Positions 8,017-17,953 are shown, numbered from the stretch's first letter. The stretch: 64,000 nt of DNA from an uncultured Bdellovibrionales bacterium (GCA_964420045.1 CAYQPQ010000002.1:2979-66978); one strand, 5' to 3'. Notes: generated by a model not told the origin, from the sequence alone. A program made the numbers and translations.

Positions 8017-9888
8017 CTATCGAACGCGAATGAGAATCGTCTTTGAGGTGCTATTGCCAACATCATCATATACCTTGAGCTGGAACACATGGAGACCCGT
8101 CGGCGTATTCGCCGGAATATTGAACGATTTGCTCTTCGTAGTCTTCCAATACCCAAGGAACTGATAGCGGTAACGATCTATGTCTTCGTTATCCTGTGCA
8201 TCCCACCACACTTTTTCGCCACGCGACTTCGTGAGAAACCGAGGAAGATCGGTGATTTCGGGATCCTTGTCATCCACAAAGACATTGTAGGAAGCGGATT
8301 TGTCCACCTCGTTTCCATTTGCATCGATATAGCGCACCGCATATCGAGACGTGCCGTTTTCCTTCTCGGTTACCTTGATCGACCAATTTCCATCGCCATC
8401 CACCTTCGTACTATCCTTCAACTTTCCCTCTCGATAAATCTCAACCTTTCCGTTCTTAATGTCCGCATCCGATCCCTTAAACGAAAGCTTCGAATCATCC
8501 GTCATGAAATCATCGCGTTTTCCGAATTTCGTCTTTTCTCCGATAACCTTGATAGGATCTCTCGAGAATTCTCCTTTCCGATCCGAAGCGCCCGCAGCGC
8601 ACGACCGTTCGGTATCCGGGTTACCACCTGCGCATCCGGCAGGGCTTCCTTCGGCATCACGAGTCTGCACCCCGCCAAGACATCTCCCCCATTCGCCATA
8701 TGTAAAGCTCGAACAGGTTGTGACAGGAGGTTCATACGCACAGCTCTGACTCGACGAAGGTGGCGTACCACCGGAGCACCCGGCTGGAACTCCTGTTACT
8801 GCTCGCGTCTGCGTATTATCAACCTGGCAAGCGCCCCAGTCAGATGTATTGAAATTCGTGCAGGTCGTACTTCCACCGGTATAGGTACAGCTCTGTGTCG
8901 ACGCCGGCGGATTTCCACCAGTACACCCCACAGGAATACCCGTCACCGTCTGCGTCTGCGTGCCATCCGGTTGACATGCGCCCCAGCCAGATTCTGTGAA
9001 ACTTGTGCACGTCGGCGGCGTGTAGGCACACGATTGTGTCGTCTCCGGTACAGCGCCACCGGAACACACATCGGGAATCGTCGAGACAACCGTCTGTGTC
9101 TGCGTGCCATCCGGTTGACATGCGCCCCAGCCCGAATAGACATAGCCGGTACACGCCGGCGCACCCACGAGCGCCCGAATACCGGAAACGCTCGACAGCA
9201 AATCATTAGCGGATCCTCCCTCTTCAATAACGTCCGAATCGGTCTCGTTGTCCTGACCGATAAAGGTATATCGAATATTGTTTGTCGTCGAAGAGACCGA
9301 GCGAAGCGCTTTAAACGTCAGCGTTGCCACAAGACCCGAATTGTTTCGAACTCCCGGCGACGGCTTGGCAAGTGTCAAAGAAATCGTACCCCCCGCAGTA
9401 TCGTTATCCACAATCTGACATGGATTCCCTTGATACACACAGCTGTTGTCAACGCCGAATATGGAATTGCTCGTATCCCATCCCGTCAGTTGAAAATCCG
9501 CAGGATCATACGTCACCAAAGCACGCGTCGCAACAACGTCCATACCGCCCGTATCAACCACCAGATCCACGGAAAACGTATCGTCTTGAGCGACATTAAT
9601 CGTGGTTCCATCTCCGGTTGCGTCCGGCGATGTCATCGATAATGTTGCCGTTCCACTTGCTTTGGACAAACTCTCGATTTCCAGCGACACACTCCACACA
9701 AACGATACGAACGCGCCGGATATAAAAGCGAGCATAAAGAGCCCTTGCCAGGTCTTTACGCGCGTTCGCGACACAAACACCCACGACTTCCCCAAAAACG
9801 GCAGAGTATCTCCCGCAAGGTTGTCAATATGCCGATTTATAGTCCCCCCCGTTTGAAGAGGATCTTTCTTTTGTTTTTCTTCCGCCAT
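8017..9888 (-). CDS. Membrane-anchored surface protein with an N-terminal cohesin-like domain, four tandem Cys-rich repeats of about 38 aa and a C-terminal Ig-like region
   Basis: A transmembrane helix GLFMLAFISGAFVSFVWSV is followed by TINVAQDDTFSVDLVVDTGGMDVVATRALVTYDPADFQL...GLVATLTFKAL, a pattern like type I cohesin. A repeat of the form C..F..S.WGACQPDGTQTQTV.G.P.GC.GG.PP...QSC.Y occurs four times; the matching nucleotide direct repeats lie at about 8745-9200. Confidence 0.6.
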   Translation of the reverse strand: MAEEKQKKDPLQTGGTINRHIDNLAGDTLPFLGKSWVFVSRTRVKTWQGLFMLAFISGAFVSFVWSVSLEIESLSKASGTATLSMTSPDATGDGTTINVAQDDTFSVDLVVDTGGMDVVATRALVTYDPADFQLTGWDTSNSIFGVDNSCVYQGNPCQIVDNDTAGGTISLTLAKPSPGVRNNSGLVATLTFKALRSVSSTTNNIRYTFIGQDNETDSDVIEEGGSANDLLSSVSGIRALVGAPACTGYVYSGWGACQPDGTQTQTVVSTIPDVCSGGAVPETTQSCAYTPPTCTSFTESGWGACQPDGTQTQTVTGIPVGCTGGNPPASTQSCTYTGGSTTCTNFNTSDWGACQVDNTQTRAVTGVPAGCSGGTPPSSSQSCAYEPPVTTCSSFTYGEWGRCLGGVQTRDAEGSPAGCAGGNPDTERSCAAGASDRKGEFSRDPIKVIGEKTKFGKRDDFMTDDSKLSFKGSDADIKNGKVEIYREGKLKDSTKVDGDGNWSIKVTEKENGTSRYAVRYIDANGNEVDKSASYNVFVDDKDPEITDLPRFLTKSRGEKVWWDAQDNEDIDRYRYQFLGYWKTTKSKSFNIPANTPTGLHVFQLKVYDDVGNSTSKTILIRVR

Positions 9889-9942
9889 AGCGCCACAAAA
9901 ATAAACTTAAAAGATACGCATTCGGCTATCTTGAAAATGAAT

Positions 9943-10419
9943 TCACAAGCTTCCTTCCGAGAAATCAAACGACTTGAGCACATCGGCAATAGCCACAATC
10001 CCCACCATATGATCAGTACTGTCCACCACCGGAAACACGCTCAGTCCCGTTTCTTTGAATTTTCCGACCAACTCTCGAAGAGGCATGTTTTCGGAAACCG
10101 TCTGACAGGGAACACTCATAATATCTTTCGCTTTTGCCTGCATCAACCGATCCACCATCTCCCGACGACTGCCACTCATCTCACTCGCAACACGCATTTT
10201 CCGCATGAAGTCTATATACGAAGGCAAGTAGATATTCGACGAATCCTTCGTAAAAAAGTCTGTCTCCGTAATGATACCGGATATTTTCCCGGCATCCAAA
10301 ACGGGAACACCGTGAATCCGATGTTCCGTGAGAAGCGACGCCACTCTTTGCAACGGCTCTTCCAGTCCAACGGAAATGACCGACACGGTCATGATATCCT
10401 TCACAACAGAATTATTCAT
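9943..10419 (-). CDS. CBS-domain pair protein
   Basis: Two CBS motifs are present: VKDIMTVSVISVGLEEPLQRVASLLTEHRIHGVPVLD and AKDIMSVPCQTVSENMPLRELVGKFKETGLSVFPVVD. Confidence 0.75.
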   Translation of the reverse strand: MNNSVVKDIMTVSVISVGLEEPLQRVASLLTEHRIHGVPVLDAGKISGIITETDFFTKDSSNIYLPSYIDFMRKMRVASEMSGSRREMVDRLMQAKAKDIMSVPCQTVSENMPLRELVGKFKETGLSVFPVVDSTDHMVGIVAIADVLKSFDFSEGSL

Positions 10420-10582
10420 ACTCTGTCTACAGAAAAAGAATAGAGACGCTCTTCTCCGAAAAAGCACTTTCAGTATAAATCATTCTTCTCATATCCGCAA
10501 AAAGGAACAATGTCATTCCTGTCAACATGCAGAGCACACCGCTCCTCTTTACAAGAAATCGGAAAAAGACTCTTATGAAAGT

Positions 10583-12664
10583 ATGCTTTCCTACCAAACA
10601 GCCATTTCGGCTCTCCCGACAATTCAAAAGACCTTCGTCTCAAAATTTGCAACGCTCGGCCTATATACCGTTCGAGATCTCTTGTTTCATATTCCCTCGC
10701 GATACGAAGATTTCTCACGCATACAACTCATCGCCAGCGCCGTCGAAGAAGAAAAAACCACATTTGAAGGAACCGTCGCGCCGTTTCGAGAGAAAAAGAC
10801 ATGGAAACGACGCCTCACCATATTCGAAACCGAGTTGACCGACGACTCGGGAACGATTCGCCTCGTCTGGTTCAATCAGAAACTCGTCGCCGGGAGCCTG
10901 CTCCCAGGAACACGCATTCGCGTCTCCGGAAAGGTCTCGAGCGATCGCGACGGACTCGTGATGGTTTCCCCCGCATTCGAACGCGCGAATCGCCGCCCGA
11001 CACACACTGCGCGCCTCGTTCCTATCTATCCGGAAACCTACGGACTCACCTCAAAATTCATCCGCTGGCAAATCGAAACACTCTTCGAGAAAAAAATTGG
11101 CGTGCCAGATCCGCTGCCGCAGTCGCTCGTCGACAAACTTCACCTCCCGACACTTCCGCGCGCCCTCCGCATGATTCACTTTCCCGAATCTCCGGACGAA
11201 GTGGAAATCGCCCGAAAGCGACTCGCTTTCGATGACATGTTTCTCGCTCAACTCAAAAGCCTCGAGCTAAAATCGATCTGGAAACAATCGTCCGCCCTTC
11301 CCTTTCCGAGAGACACGAATTTCCTTGCGGAAAGCGCGTCCTATTTTCCCTTTTCACTTACCGCCGCACAAACGAAAGCCACGGAAGAAATTCTCGATGA
11401 TCTTGCCAAAAGCATACCGATGAACCGTCTCGTCAACGGCGACGTCGGTTCCGGGAAAACTGCCGTTGCCATACTTGCAGCGCTTCGAGTGGCGCACGAC
11501 GGATTTCAAGTTGCGCTGCTTGCACCGACAGAAGTGCTCGCCCGACAACATTTTGAAACCCTCTCGACACACTTATCGCACGCGCCATTTCAAATCGCCC
11601 TCCTGACGCGTTCTTCACAGATACTCGCTACAGAAACCGTCGCCAAGGAAACCCTCAAGAACGCTATAAAGAGCGGGCTCGCAAGCATCATTATCGGCAC
11701 GCATGCACTGCTTCAAGAAGACGTGTCGTTTCGAAACCTCGCTTTGGTTATCGTCGACGAACAACATCGCTTCGGCGTTTCCCAGCGAGCCGCACTCCAA
11801 GAAGCGACGAGACATTCGAAGGACGGAATGCCTAAGACAACGCCGCACCTCCTCACACTGACCGCAACACCGATACCGCGCACCCTTGCTATCACATTCC
11901 TCGGCAATCTCGACATCTCTGTGCTCGACGAGATGCCAAAAAATCGCCTCCCTGTCATTACGAAAATAGCCGCAACACGCGACGCACGAGAAACCGTCTT
12001 TCGATTCGCTCGGCAAGAAATAAGAAAGGGTCGACAAATCTTCATTATCCTACCCCTCGTCGAAGAATCGGCAACGCTCTCCGAAGTCAAAGCCGCCAAA
12101 ACCGAGCACGAGAAACTCTCCGCAAAGGTATTTCCCGAATACTCCGTTGGATTGCTCTACGGAAAAATGAAATCCTCCGACAAAGAAAACGTTATGCGTG
12201 ACTTCAAAGAAGGAAGATTGCATGTCCTCGTTTCGACCTCCGTTGTCGAGGTGGGCGTCGACGTGCCAAATGCCACTGTCATGATTATCGAAAACGCCGA
12301 CCGATTTGGACTCTCCCAACTCCATCAATTTCGCGGACGCGTCGGGCGCGGGACACACCAATCCTATTGCTTCCTCCTTCCGGGAAAAAACAGCGCCAAC
12401 GACCGTCTTGACGCTCTCGTCGAAAGCAACAACGGCTTTTTCCTTGCCGAGAAAGACCTCGAGATTCGCGGTCCGGGAGCCTTCTTCGGACTCCGACAGT
12501 CAGGCATCCCCGATATCGCCATGAGTCACCTCGGCAACGCCCGACTCATCAAAATCGCCCACGATGAAGCAGAAGCGCTTCTCCTCGAAGATCCAGTGTT
12601 AGAGCATCATCCTTATCTTCGTGCTGCCCTCGCCGAGATGACCGAGAACGTGCACATGGAGTAA
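10583..12664 (+). CDS. recG: ATP-dependent DNA helicase RecG
   Basis: The protein has a wedge/OB N-terminal region, then helicase motif I GDVGSGKT, DEQHRFG (motif II), the TATPIPRTL segment and the RecG C-terminal motifs. Confidence 0.85.
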   Translation: MLSYQTAISALPTIQKTFVSKFATLGLYTVRDLLFHIPSRYEDFSRIQLIASAVEEEKTTFEGTVAPFREKKTWKRRLTIFETELTDDSGTIRLVWFNQKLVAGSLLPGTRIRVSGKVSSDRDGLVMVSPAFERANRRPTHTARLVPIYPETYGLTSKFIRWQIETLFEKKIGVPDPLPQSLVDKLHLPTLPRALRMIHFPESPDEVEIARKRLAFDDMFLAQLKSLELKSIWKQSSALPFPRDTNFLAESASYFPFSLTAAQTKATEEILDDLAKSIPMNRLVNGDVGSGKTAVAILAALRVAHDGFQVALLAPTEVLARQHFETLSTHLSHAPFQIALLTRSSQILATETVAKETLKNAIKSGLASIIIGTHALLQEDVSFRNLALVIVDEQHRFGVSQRAALQEATRHSKDGMPKTTPHLLTLTATPIPRTLAITFLGNLDISVLDEMPKNRLPVITKIAATRDARETVFRFARQEIRKGRQIFIILPLVEESATLSEVKAAKTEHEKLSAKVFPEYSVGLLYGKMKSSDKENVMRDFKEGRLHVLVSTSVVEVGVDVPNATVMIIENADRFGLSQLHQFRGRVGRGTHQSYCFLLPGKNSANDRLDALVESNNGFFLAEKDLEIRGPGAFFGLRQSGIPDIAMSHLGNARLIKIAHDEAEALLLEDPVLEHHPYLRAALAEMTENVHME

Positions 12665-12726
12665 CGCTTGCCACAAACCAATTCGCCTCTTCGATCTCAC
12701 CTCCTTGCCAACACGGATTCCAAAAA

Positions 12727-14274
12727 TCAAATCCTCCAAACTGACCCGACACGCGCATCCATCCGTGTACATACTCCAAGAAGAAGCCCGAGAAACATCA
12801 TGCCGAAGTGTCCGCTCCACAGCCAGTGGTCGAGCAAAAGCATGGGAAGAAGGGTACAGAAAATCGCCATCGAAAGAGCATTTCTTCTCTTCCATGCGGA
12901 GACAAACCAGCACAAGAGAGGCAGAGCAAACAACACGAATCCGACCGCGCCAAGCTCAGCAAATACCAGGACCGGCACCATATGCACCGGCTGAAACGCA
13001 CCGACAAATGTTCCAGCGCTCGGGAGACGCTCCCGCGTAAATGCCGTAAAATTTCCGCCGCCGACGCCAAGAACCAGGTGCTCGCGTATCACCGAGAGCG
13101 CCTGCTCAAAATAAAGCGCCCGATCTGAAAGCGACCCTTCACGCGCAAGTGTTCCTTCCGAAAAGCGACTCAATGCAATATCGCAAACAAGAAAGAAAGC
13201 AATAGAGAAAGAAAGAATCACAATAACTACGCTGCTCACCCATCCCATTCCGTCATTCCCGCGCCTGCCTGCCGGTAGGCATGGAAGGCGGGAATCCAGA
13301 TACCGCAAGACTCCAGACAAATTGAAACGGGATTTTCTCGGAAAATTATCGACACTATCAACCGTCGAAAGGCACGTTTCGGGAAAGTTTTCTCTTGGAA
13401 CATCCGAGTCTTGGTAAAGCGTAGATTCCCGCCTTCGCGGGAATGACGAGAAAAGAGAGTGCTTCAGACATCGAGTCAAACCCAGAAGCAGCACTCCCAT
13501 CCCCAAGAGAAGCCCCATCCACCCGCTTCGAGAAAAGGTAAACACAAGCGCAAAGCTCATCAGAGCCGTCATCCCCAAAAATACAGCTCTCGAAGAGACT
13601 CGCTTCGCCGTCACCGAAAGCCATACACCAAACAGCATGGCAACCGCCAGCGCGCCTCCGAGCACATTTGGGTGTTCAAACCCGCCATACGCACGGAGGA
13701 ATCGCCCGCCCTCGGTTTTCAAAACAAACGTCCCCCATCGCGCCGGATCATGCTCCGCGATGCCAAGCAGTGTCGAAGGTGCGATATATTGCCCTGCCCA
13801 CTGCGAAAGCGCGAGACTTGCTTGAATCGACATCGAGAGGAGAAAAATAGAGATCGTCTTCCGCATCGAAACGTCACTATATCGCGCAAGCACAAAGGCA
13901 AGCGTCATGAGAAATATTCTCCACGCAGAAATAAGTGCAAGACTCGCATCGATCGACCAGAGAGAAGAAAGAAGCGCCCACAGGAAAAATACGCCAAGCA
14001 GAAGCAACACGCGGTCACGAACAACAACTCGCCACACCTCCCGTTTCGTTCCAAAAACAAAAAACAGAGCACACAAAAGAAGTGCCACATCCGACACATA
14101 TGTCCCAAGCGTCGCATATTGCCATTTCTCCCCACTCACAAATACCTCCCGCACTATCCACACCGTCTGCCACGGAAGGAGAAAGACAAACGCATACCAC
14201 AAAAATTGTCGCCCCGATTTCAACATAGCGCCAGCATAGCACTCGCCCCACCCCTTCGTCATTCCTTCAAGCAA
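12727..14274 (-). CDS. O-antigen ligase / O-antigen polymerase family (Wzy_C) membrane protein, carrying an in-frame insertion of about 210 nt made of palindromic repeat elements
   Basis: Multiple transmembrane helices are present. The Wzy_C motif FTFSRSGWMGLLLG and the downstream periplasmic-loop motif ...GGGNF...FQPVHMVPVLVFAELG match the O-antigen ligase family. Between them a hydrophilic low-complexity stretch of about 70 aa is encoded by nt 13245-13455, the segment that holds the repeat elements. Confidence 0.7.
   Translation of the reverse strand: MLEGMTKGWGECYAGAMLKSGRQFLWYAFVFLLPWQTVWIVREVFVSGEKWQYATLGTYVSDVALLLCALFFVFGTKREVWRVVVRDRVLLLLGVFFLWALLSSLWSIDASLALISAWRIFLMTLAFVLARYSDVSMRKTISIFLLSMSIQASLALSQWAGQYIAPSTLLGIAEHDPARWGTFVLKTEGGRFLRAYGGFEHPNVLGGALAVAMLFGVWLSVTAKRVSSRAVFLGMTALMSFALVFTFSRSGWMGLLLGMGVLLLGLTRCLKHSLFSSFPRRRESTLYQDSDVPRENFPETCLSTVDSVDNFPRKSRFNLSGVLRYLDSRLPCLPAGRRGNDGMGWVSSVVIVILSFSIAFFLVCDIALSRFSEGTLAREGSLSDRALYFEQALSVIREHLVLGVGGGNFTAFTRERLPSAGTFVGAFQPVHMVPVLVFAELGAVGFVLFALPLLCWFVSAWKRRNALSMAIFCTLLPMLLLDHWLWSGHFGMMFLGLLLGVCTRMDARVGSVWRI
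13245..13455. mobile_element. MITE-like palindromic element inside the O-antigen ligase ORF. Two inverted copies of a 26-nt hairpin core gattcccgccttcgcgggaatgacga flank about 125 nt; the left copy carries a nested 17-21-nt element cctgcctgccggtaggc in its loop
   Basis: The segment 13251-13300 reads cgtcattcccgcg+cctgcctgccggtaggcatgg+aaggcgggaatccaga. The segment 13424-13449 reads gattcccgccttcgcgggaatgacga, the same core in opposite orientation. The identical 26-nt core recurs at 62276-62301 inside ileS. Confidence 0.7.
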
Positions 14275-14300
14275 ACAAAAAAGCCTCCAATAGAGACTTC

Positions 14301-14343
14301 AAAAAAATCAAGGGCGGATGGAGGTTTATTTCCACACCCGCCC
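14301..14343 (-). terminator. Rho-independent terminator module (GGGCGG-N20-CCGCCC hairpin followed by a T-run on the minus strand), copy 1
   Basis: The minus strand reads gggcgggtgtggaaataaacctccatccgccc followed by gattttttt, directly downstream of the lipoprotein gene. Confidence 0.55.
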
Positions 14344-14351
14344 TGCCAACA

Positions 14352-14834
14352 TTATCGGAACTGAACGCAGTCACCGGGATCTATCCCGGTTTGCAAGAAT
14401 ACCGCTCCGCGCGCAGCCGCCGTTTCCCTATCTTTTGAGACGATTTCCGTCGGAACGAGAGCGTCTCCCTGAACCAGGAAAACACGCCACCCTTGCTTCG
14501 CACGATGAATCCTCGCATACCGGGAACCTTCGGTTCCCGGACCTATAGTGCCGAGCGAAACAAACGAAATGGCTCCGGTCACCCACCCGAAATTTGGATT
14601 GTACGCCAGCTCGCCGCGATGTGGGAAATAAAATACCTTCCCATACCTCTCGTATGGTTCCCCGCTTTCAGACATCCCGCCTACGGAAACATACGTTTCC
14701 ACCATACAGGTATCGCGATGGACAACCATATCCACCGAACGCGTCACTGTCACATCCCTCGACGTCGGAATCCCCGCACAGCCGACAAGAAAGAGCAAGC
14801 TCACAGCAAACAACAAACCACAAAAATTCTTCAT
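14352..14834 (-). CDS. Putative lipoprotein of unknown function
   Basis: MKNFCGLLFAVSLLFLVGCAG has a signal peptide and a lipobox-like LVGC. No motif was recognised. Confidence 0.5.
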   Translation of the reverse strand: MKNFCGLLFAVSLLFLVGCAGIPTSRDVTVTRSVDMVVHRDTCMVETYVSVGGMSESGEPYERYGKVFYFPHRGELAYNPNFGWVTGAISFVSLGTIGPGTEGSRYARIHRAKQGWRVFLVQGDALVPTEIVSKDRETAAARGAVFLQTGIDPGDCVQFR

Positions 14835-14859
14835 CGCATCCTCCAATCTTTCGCTCTTC

Positions 14860-14903
14860 AAAAAAATCGGGGGCGAATGGAAATTTATTTCCACACCCGC
14901 CCC
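14860..14903 (-). terminator. Rho-independent terminator module, copy 2, nearly identical to copy 1
   Basis: The minus strand reads ggggcgggtgtggaaataaatttccattcgcccc followed by gattttttt. It shares the core tttatttccacacccgccc with copy 1, 560 bp away. Confidence 0.55.
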
Positions 14904-15380
14904 AATGAACAATCCTTTTCAGCGCTGTCGAAATCCATTCTGTCCCGGACGGATAATGGTCTTCATCCTGCGAACAGGAGGTTTTTTTGTGCCTCCTGAC
15001 TGGTGACAAGCGCAGCCGGCATCAACCCACCCGGCAACCGCTTTGATGTCAAAATCAGCAGAACTGCCAAACCCGGCACGTAACACAATCTTACCAGCTT
15101 CTTTTAAAAACATTGTCATTCTCTCCAGAATACAGATTTAGGAAGAAAGAATACAAAAAATTATTTGCCGATACGGCGGAGAAATTTCCACGGACAAATC
15201 AGAGACCTGAATCAACCGTAAAATTCCTCTCCGCCGTATCGGGTGAATTGTCAAAGATCTGCACAACCGGAATAGTAGCATATCGCCTCTGTTTTGTCAA
15301 TAACATTGGACAAGTGGCGCACACAACATAAAAACGGCTCTTTTAAGTCGTTTTTATGAAACAAACACGATGTACACTCT

Positions 15381-17171
15381 TTATTTGCCTTTCCTCCCTG
15401 CTTTCACTCTATCGTTTTCGGTGAGGTACTGTTTGCGAAGGCGGACATTTTCCGGGGTAATTTCGAGGTATTCGTCACCGGCCATCACTTCGAGTCCGCG
15501 TTCAATGGAGAGCGTCCACGGCGGCGTGAGCTGGATCGCATCGTCCGATCCCGAGGCGCGCATATTGGTAAGTTGCTTGCCCTTGGTCGGATTGACACTC
15601 ATATCATCGCCCTTCGAGGCATTGCCGATCACTTGCCCCTCATATACATCCGTGCCGGCGCCGATATAGAGTACGCCACGCTCCTGCAAATTCCAGAGCG
15701 AGAAGCCAAGCGCCTTCCCAGTCGCCATCGAAATCATCGAGCCGACGCCGCGGTGCTCGATATCACCCACATGCGGACGAAATTCCAAGAACCGAGAAGA
15801 AAGAATGCCTTCGCCCTTCGTATCGACGGTAAACTGCCCGCGATACCCCAAGAGTCCTCGAGTCGGGATTTCAAAGAGAAGTCGCGAATCATTGCCTTGC
15901 CCCTGCCTCATGTCCATCATAATGCCCTTCCGCTTCCCCATGCGCTCGATGACCGCGCCGGTATATTCCGTCGGCACATCCACTGTCACCTCTTCAAACG
16001 GCTCGCACTTCTTGCCGTCGATTTCCTTCATAATAACCTTCGGCTGAGACACCTGGCATTCATAGCCTTCGCGCCGCATCGTCTCCAAGAGAATAGCAAT
16101 GTGAAGCTCGCCACGCCCCGACACCAAGAAATGCTCGCCCGAATCAAAGTCGATTTTCAGTCCCACGTTTATCTCAAGCTCTCGGCGCAAACGCTCACGA
16201 ATCTGCTCGCGCGTCACAAATTTCCCTTCCCGACCGGCAAAGGGCGAGTCGTTCACCAGAAAATGCAGCGTGATCGTCGGCTCATCAATCGCAATCGATG
16301 GCAGGCTTTCCACTTCCTTAGTGTGCGCAATCGTATCGCCGATATACACATCGGCAATACCGGCAATCAGTGCGATATCGCCCGCCGACACGTCCGCCGA
16401 TTCTTCGCGATTCATGCCGCGAAAGGTAAAAATTTTGGTAATGCGCCCCGAAGAAACTTCCCCCGTCGGCTTTTTCGCGTAGACCGTATCGCCCACCTTC
16501 GCCGAACCCTCATAGACACGACAGATGGCAAGTCGCCCGAGGAAATTGTCATAACCCAGATTAAAAGGCTGGGCTCGAAACGGCGACGCCGTATCCTGTC
16601 CCGCCGCCGGCACCGCCTCGAGCACTGTATCGAGAAGCGGCGAGAGATCCATCGATTCGTCCGCCATATCTCGTTTCGCAATGCCCTGCTTCGCAATCGC
16701 ATAGACCGTCTTGAACTCCAATTGCTCGTCCGTCGCCCCAAGATCGAGAAACAGCTCAAACACCTGATCGAGCACCCACTCGACGCGCGCCGCCGGCTTG
16801 TCTATCTTGTTCACCACGACAATCGGCTTCAATCCGAGTTCGAGCGACTTTTTGAGCACAAATCGCGTCTGCGGCATCGGACCCTCCTGAGCATCAACCA
16901 CCAAGAGAACTGAGTCGATCGAGCGAAGCACGCGTTCCACCTCGCTCCCGAAGTCCGCATGCCCCGGCGTATCGACGATATTGATCTTCGTGTCCTTGTA
17001 GAACAGCGCCGCGTTTTTGGAATAAATAGTGATGCCCCGTTCCTGTTCGAGCGCATTCGAATCCATACTCGCCCCCTCTTCGGTCATCCCCGTCTGGCGC
17101 ATCAAGGCATCGGTCAGGGTCGTCTTCCCGTGATCGACGTGCGCGATAATAGCAATATTGCGAATGTCCAT
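15381..17171 (-). CDS. typA: Translational GTPase TypA/BipA
   Basis: [24 protein letters not shown] is the G1 motif. [14 protein letters not shown] and an EF-G-like domain layout follow, with a BipA-specific C-terminal domain. The length is about 597 aa. Confidence 0.9.
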   Translation of the reverse strand: MDIRNIAIIAHVDHGKTTLTDALMRQTGMTEEGASMDSNALEQERGITIYSKNAALFYKDTKINIVDTPGHADFGSEVERVLRSIDSVLLVVDAQEGPMPQTRFVLKKSLELGLKPIVVVNKIDKPAARVEWVLDQVFELFLDLGATDEQLEFKTVYAIAKQGIAKRDMADESMDLSPLLDTVLEAVPAAGQDTASPFRAQPFNLGYDNFLGRLAICRVYEGSAKVGDTVYAKKPTGEVSSGRITKIFTFRGMNREESADVSAGDIALIAGIADVYIGDTIAHTKEVESLPSIAIDEPTITLHFLVNDSPFAGREGKFVTREQIRERLRRELEINVGLKIDFDSGEHFLVSGRGELHIAILLETMRREGYECQVSQPKVIMKEIDGKKCEPFEEVTVDVPTEYTGAVIERMGKRKGIMMDMRQGQGNDSRLLFEIPTRGLLGYRGQFTVDTKGEGILSSRFLEFRPHVGDIEHRGVGSMISMATGKALGFSLWNLQERGVLYIGAGTDVYEGQVIGNASKGDDMSVNPTKGKQLTNMRASGSDDAIQLTPPWTLSIERGLEVMAGDEYLEITPENVRLRKQYLTENDRVKAGRKGK

Positions 17172-17527
17172 AGGCGGCACAAAAAGTTAAGAGAAATGCG
17201 AGCGACGAAGAGCCAACAAAAAACGGCTCCCGCCGCTCGAAGTCTTGACAGACTACCAAATAAAAGAATATTTGTCAAAAAAATATCCCGAAGCGCATTG
17301 TACACTTCGGGATCTTGGAAACCAACCTTGCTGAACTCAAGAATCCGCTATCTCATAGACTATTGACAGTTATCAATACAGGAGAATTTCCCCAATACGT
17401 TCACGCATTCTCACGAAAACCTCTGATCGTCTATTGAACGAATGGGGCAGAATTGAGGGGCTAATAGTCACAAGCAGAGGGACTCGAAATGCCACGCGAC
17501 TCGGCTTTATAGTTCGAAGAAACGCAG

Positions 17528-17935
17528 TTATTTCAGAGAGGCAAGCGCTTTTCGAATGCGTTGCACCATATCAGGGAGCGAGATATTCGACTTCACGATA
17601 TAGTCGAGTGCACCGAGCTCTTTGGCATGAGCGATATCCTTCCCTTGGCTCAAATTTGACATCACAACCACGCGAATATCCGACAATCCCGCATCCGCGC
17701 GAAGTTCTGAAAGCACCTGGAAACCATCCTTGAGCGGAATCATAATATCAAGCAAGAGAACATCCGGCTTCCGATCGCGAATAGCGCGAAGCGCTTCTTC
17801 GCCATCCCGGGCAAGACTTACTTCAAACCCTTCCATGGCCAGTTTCCTCATATAAACATCGGATATAAACTCATCGTCTTCGACAATGAGAATATAGTGC
17901 GCAGTATCCGACGCATTCGTATGTTCAGCGCTCAT
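17528..17935 (-). CDS. Single-domain response regulator (CheY-like receiver)
   Basis: ILIVEDDEFI, the phospho-acceptor region VLLLDIMIP and a conserved Lys in YIVKS form a receiver fold of about 120 aa. Confidence 0.85.
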   Translation of the reverse strand: MSAEHTNASDTAHYILIVEDDEFISDVYMRKLAMEGFEVSLARDGEEALRAIRDRKPDVLLLDIMIPLKDGFQVLSELRADAGLSDIRVVVMSNLSQGKDIAHAKELGALDYIVKSNISLPDMVQRIRKALASLK

Positions 17936-17953
17936 AAAGAAACGTAAAGAATA

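Noticed and set aside
8089-9642. A 517-aa plus-strand ORF
   Set aside because: It is antisense to the cohesin-like surface protein gene, extremely Arg-rich (a GC-rich antisense artefact) and has no motifs.
13459-14364. A 301-aa plus-strand ORF
   Set aside because: It is antisense to the O-antigen-ligase-like gene and K/R/H-rich low complexity. The ligase frame carries clear family motifs.
15573-16913. A 446-aa plus-strand ORF
   Set aside because: It is antisense to typA/bipA, which is unambiguously the real gene on the minus strand.
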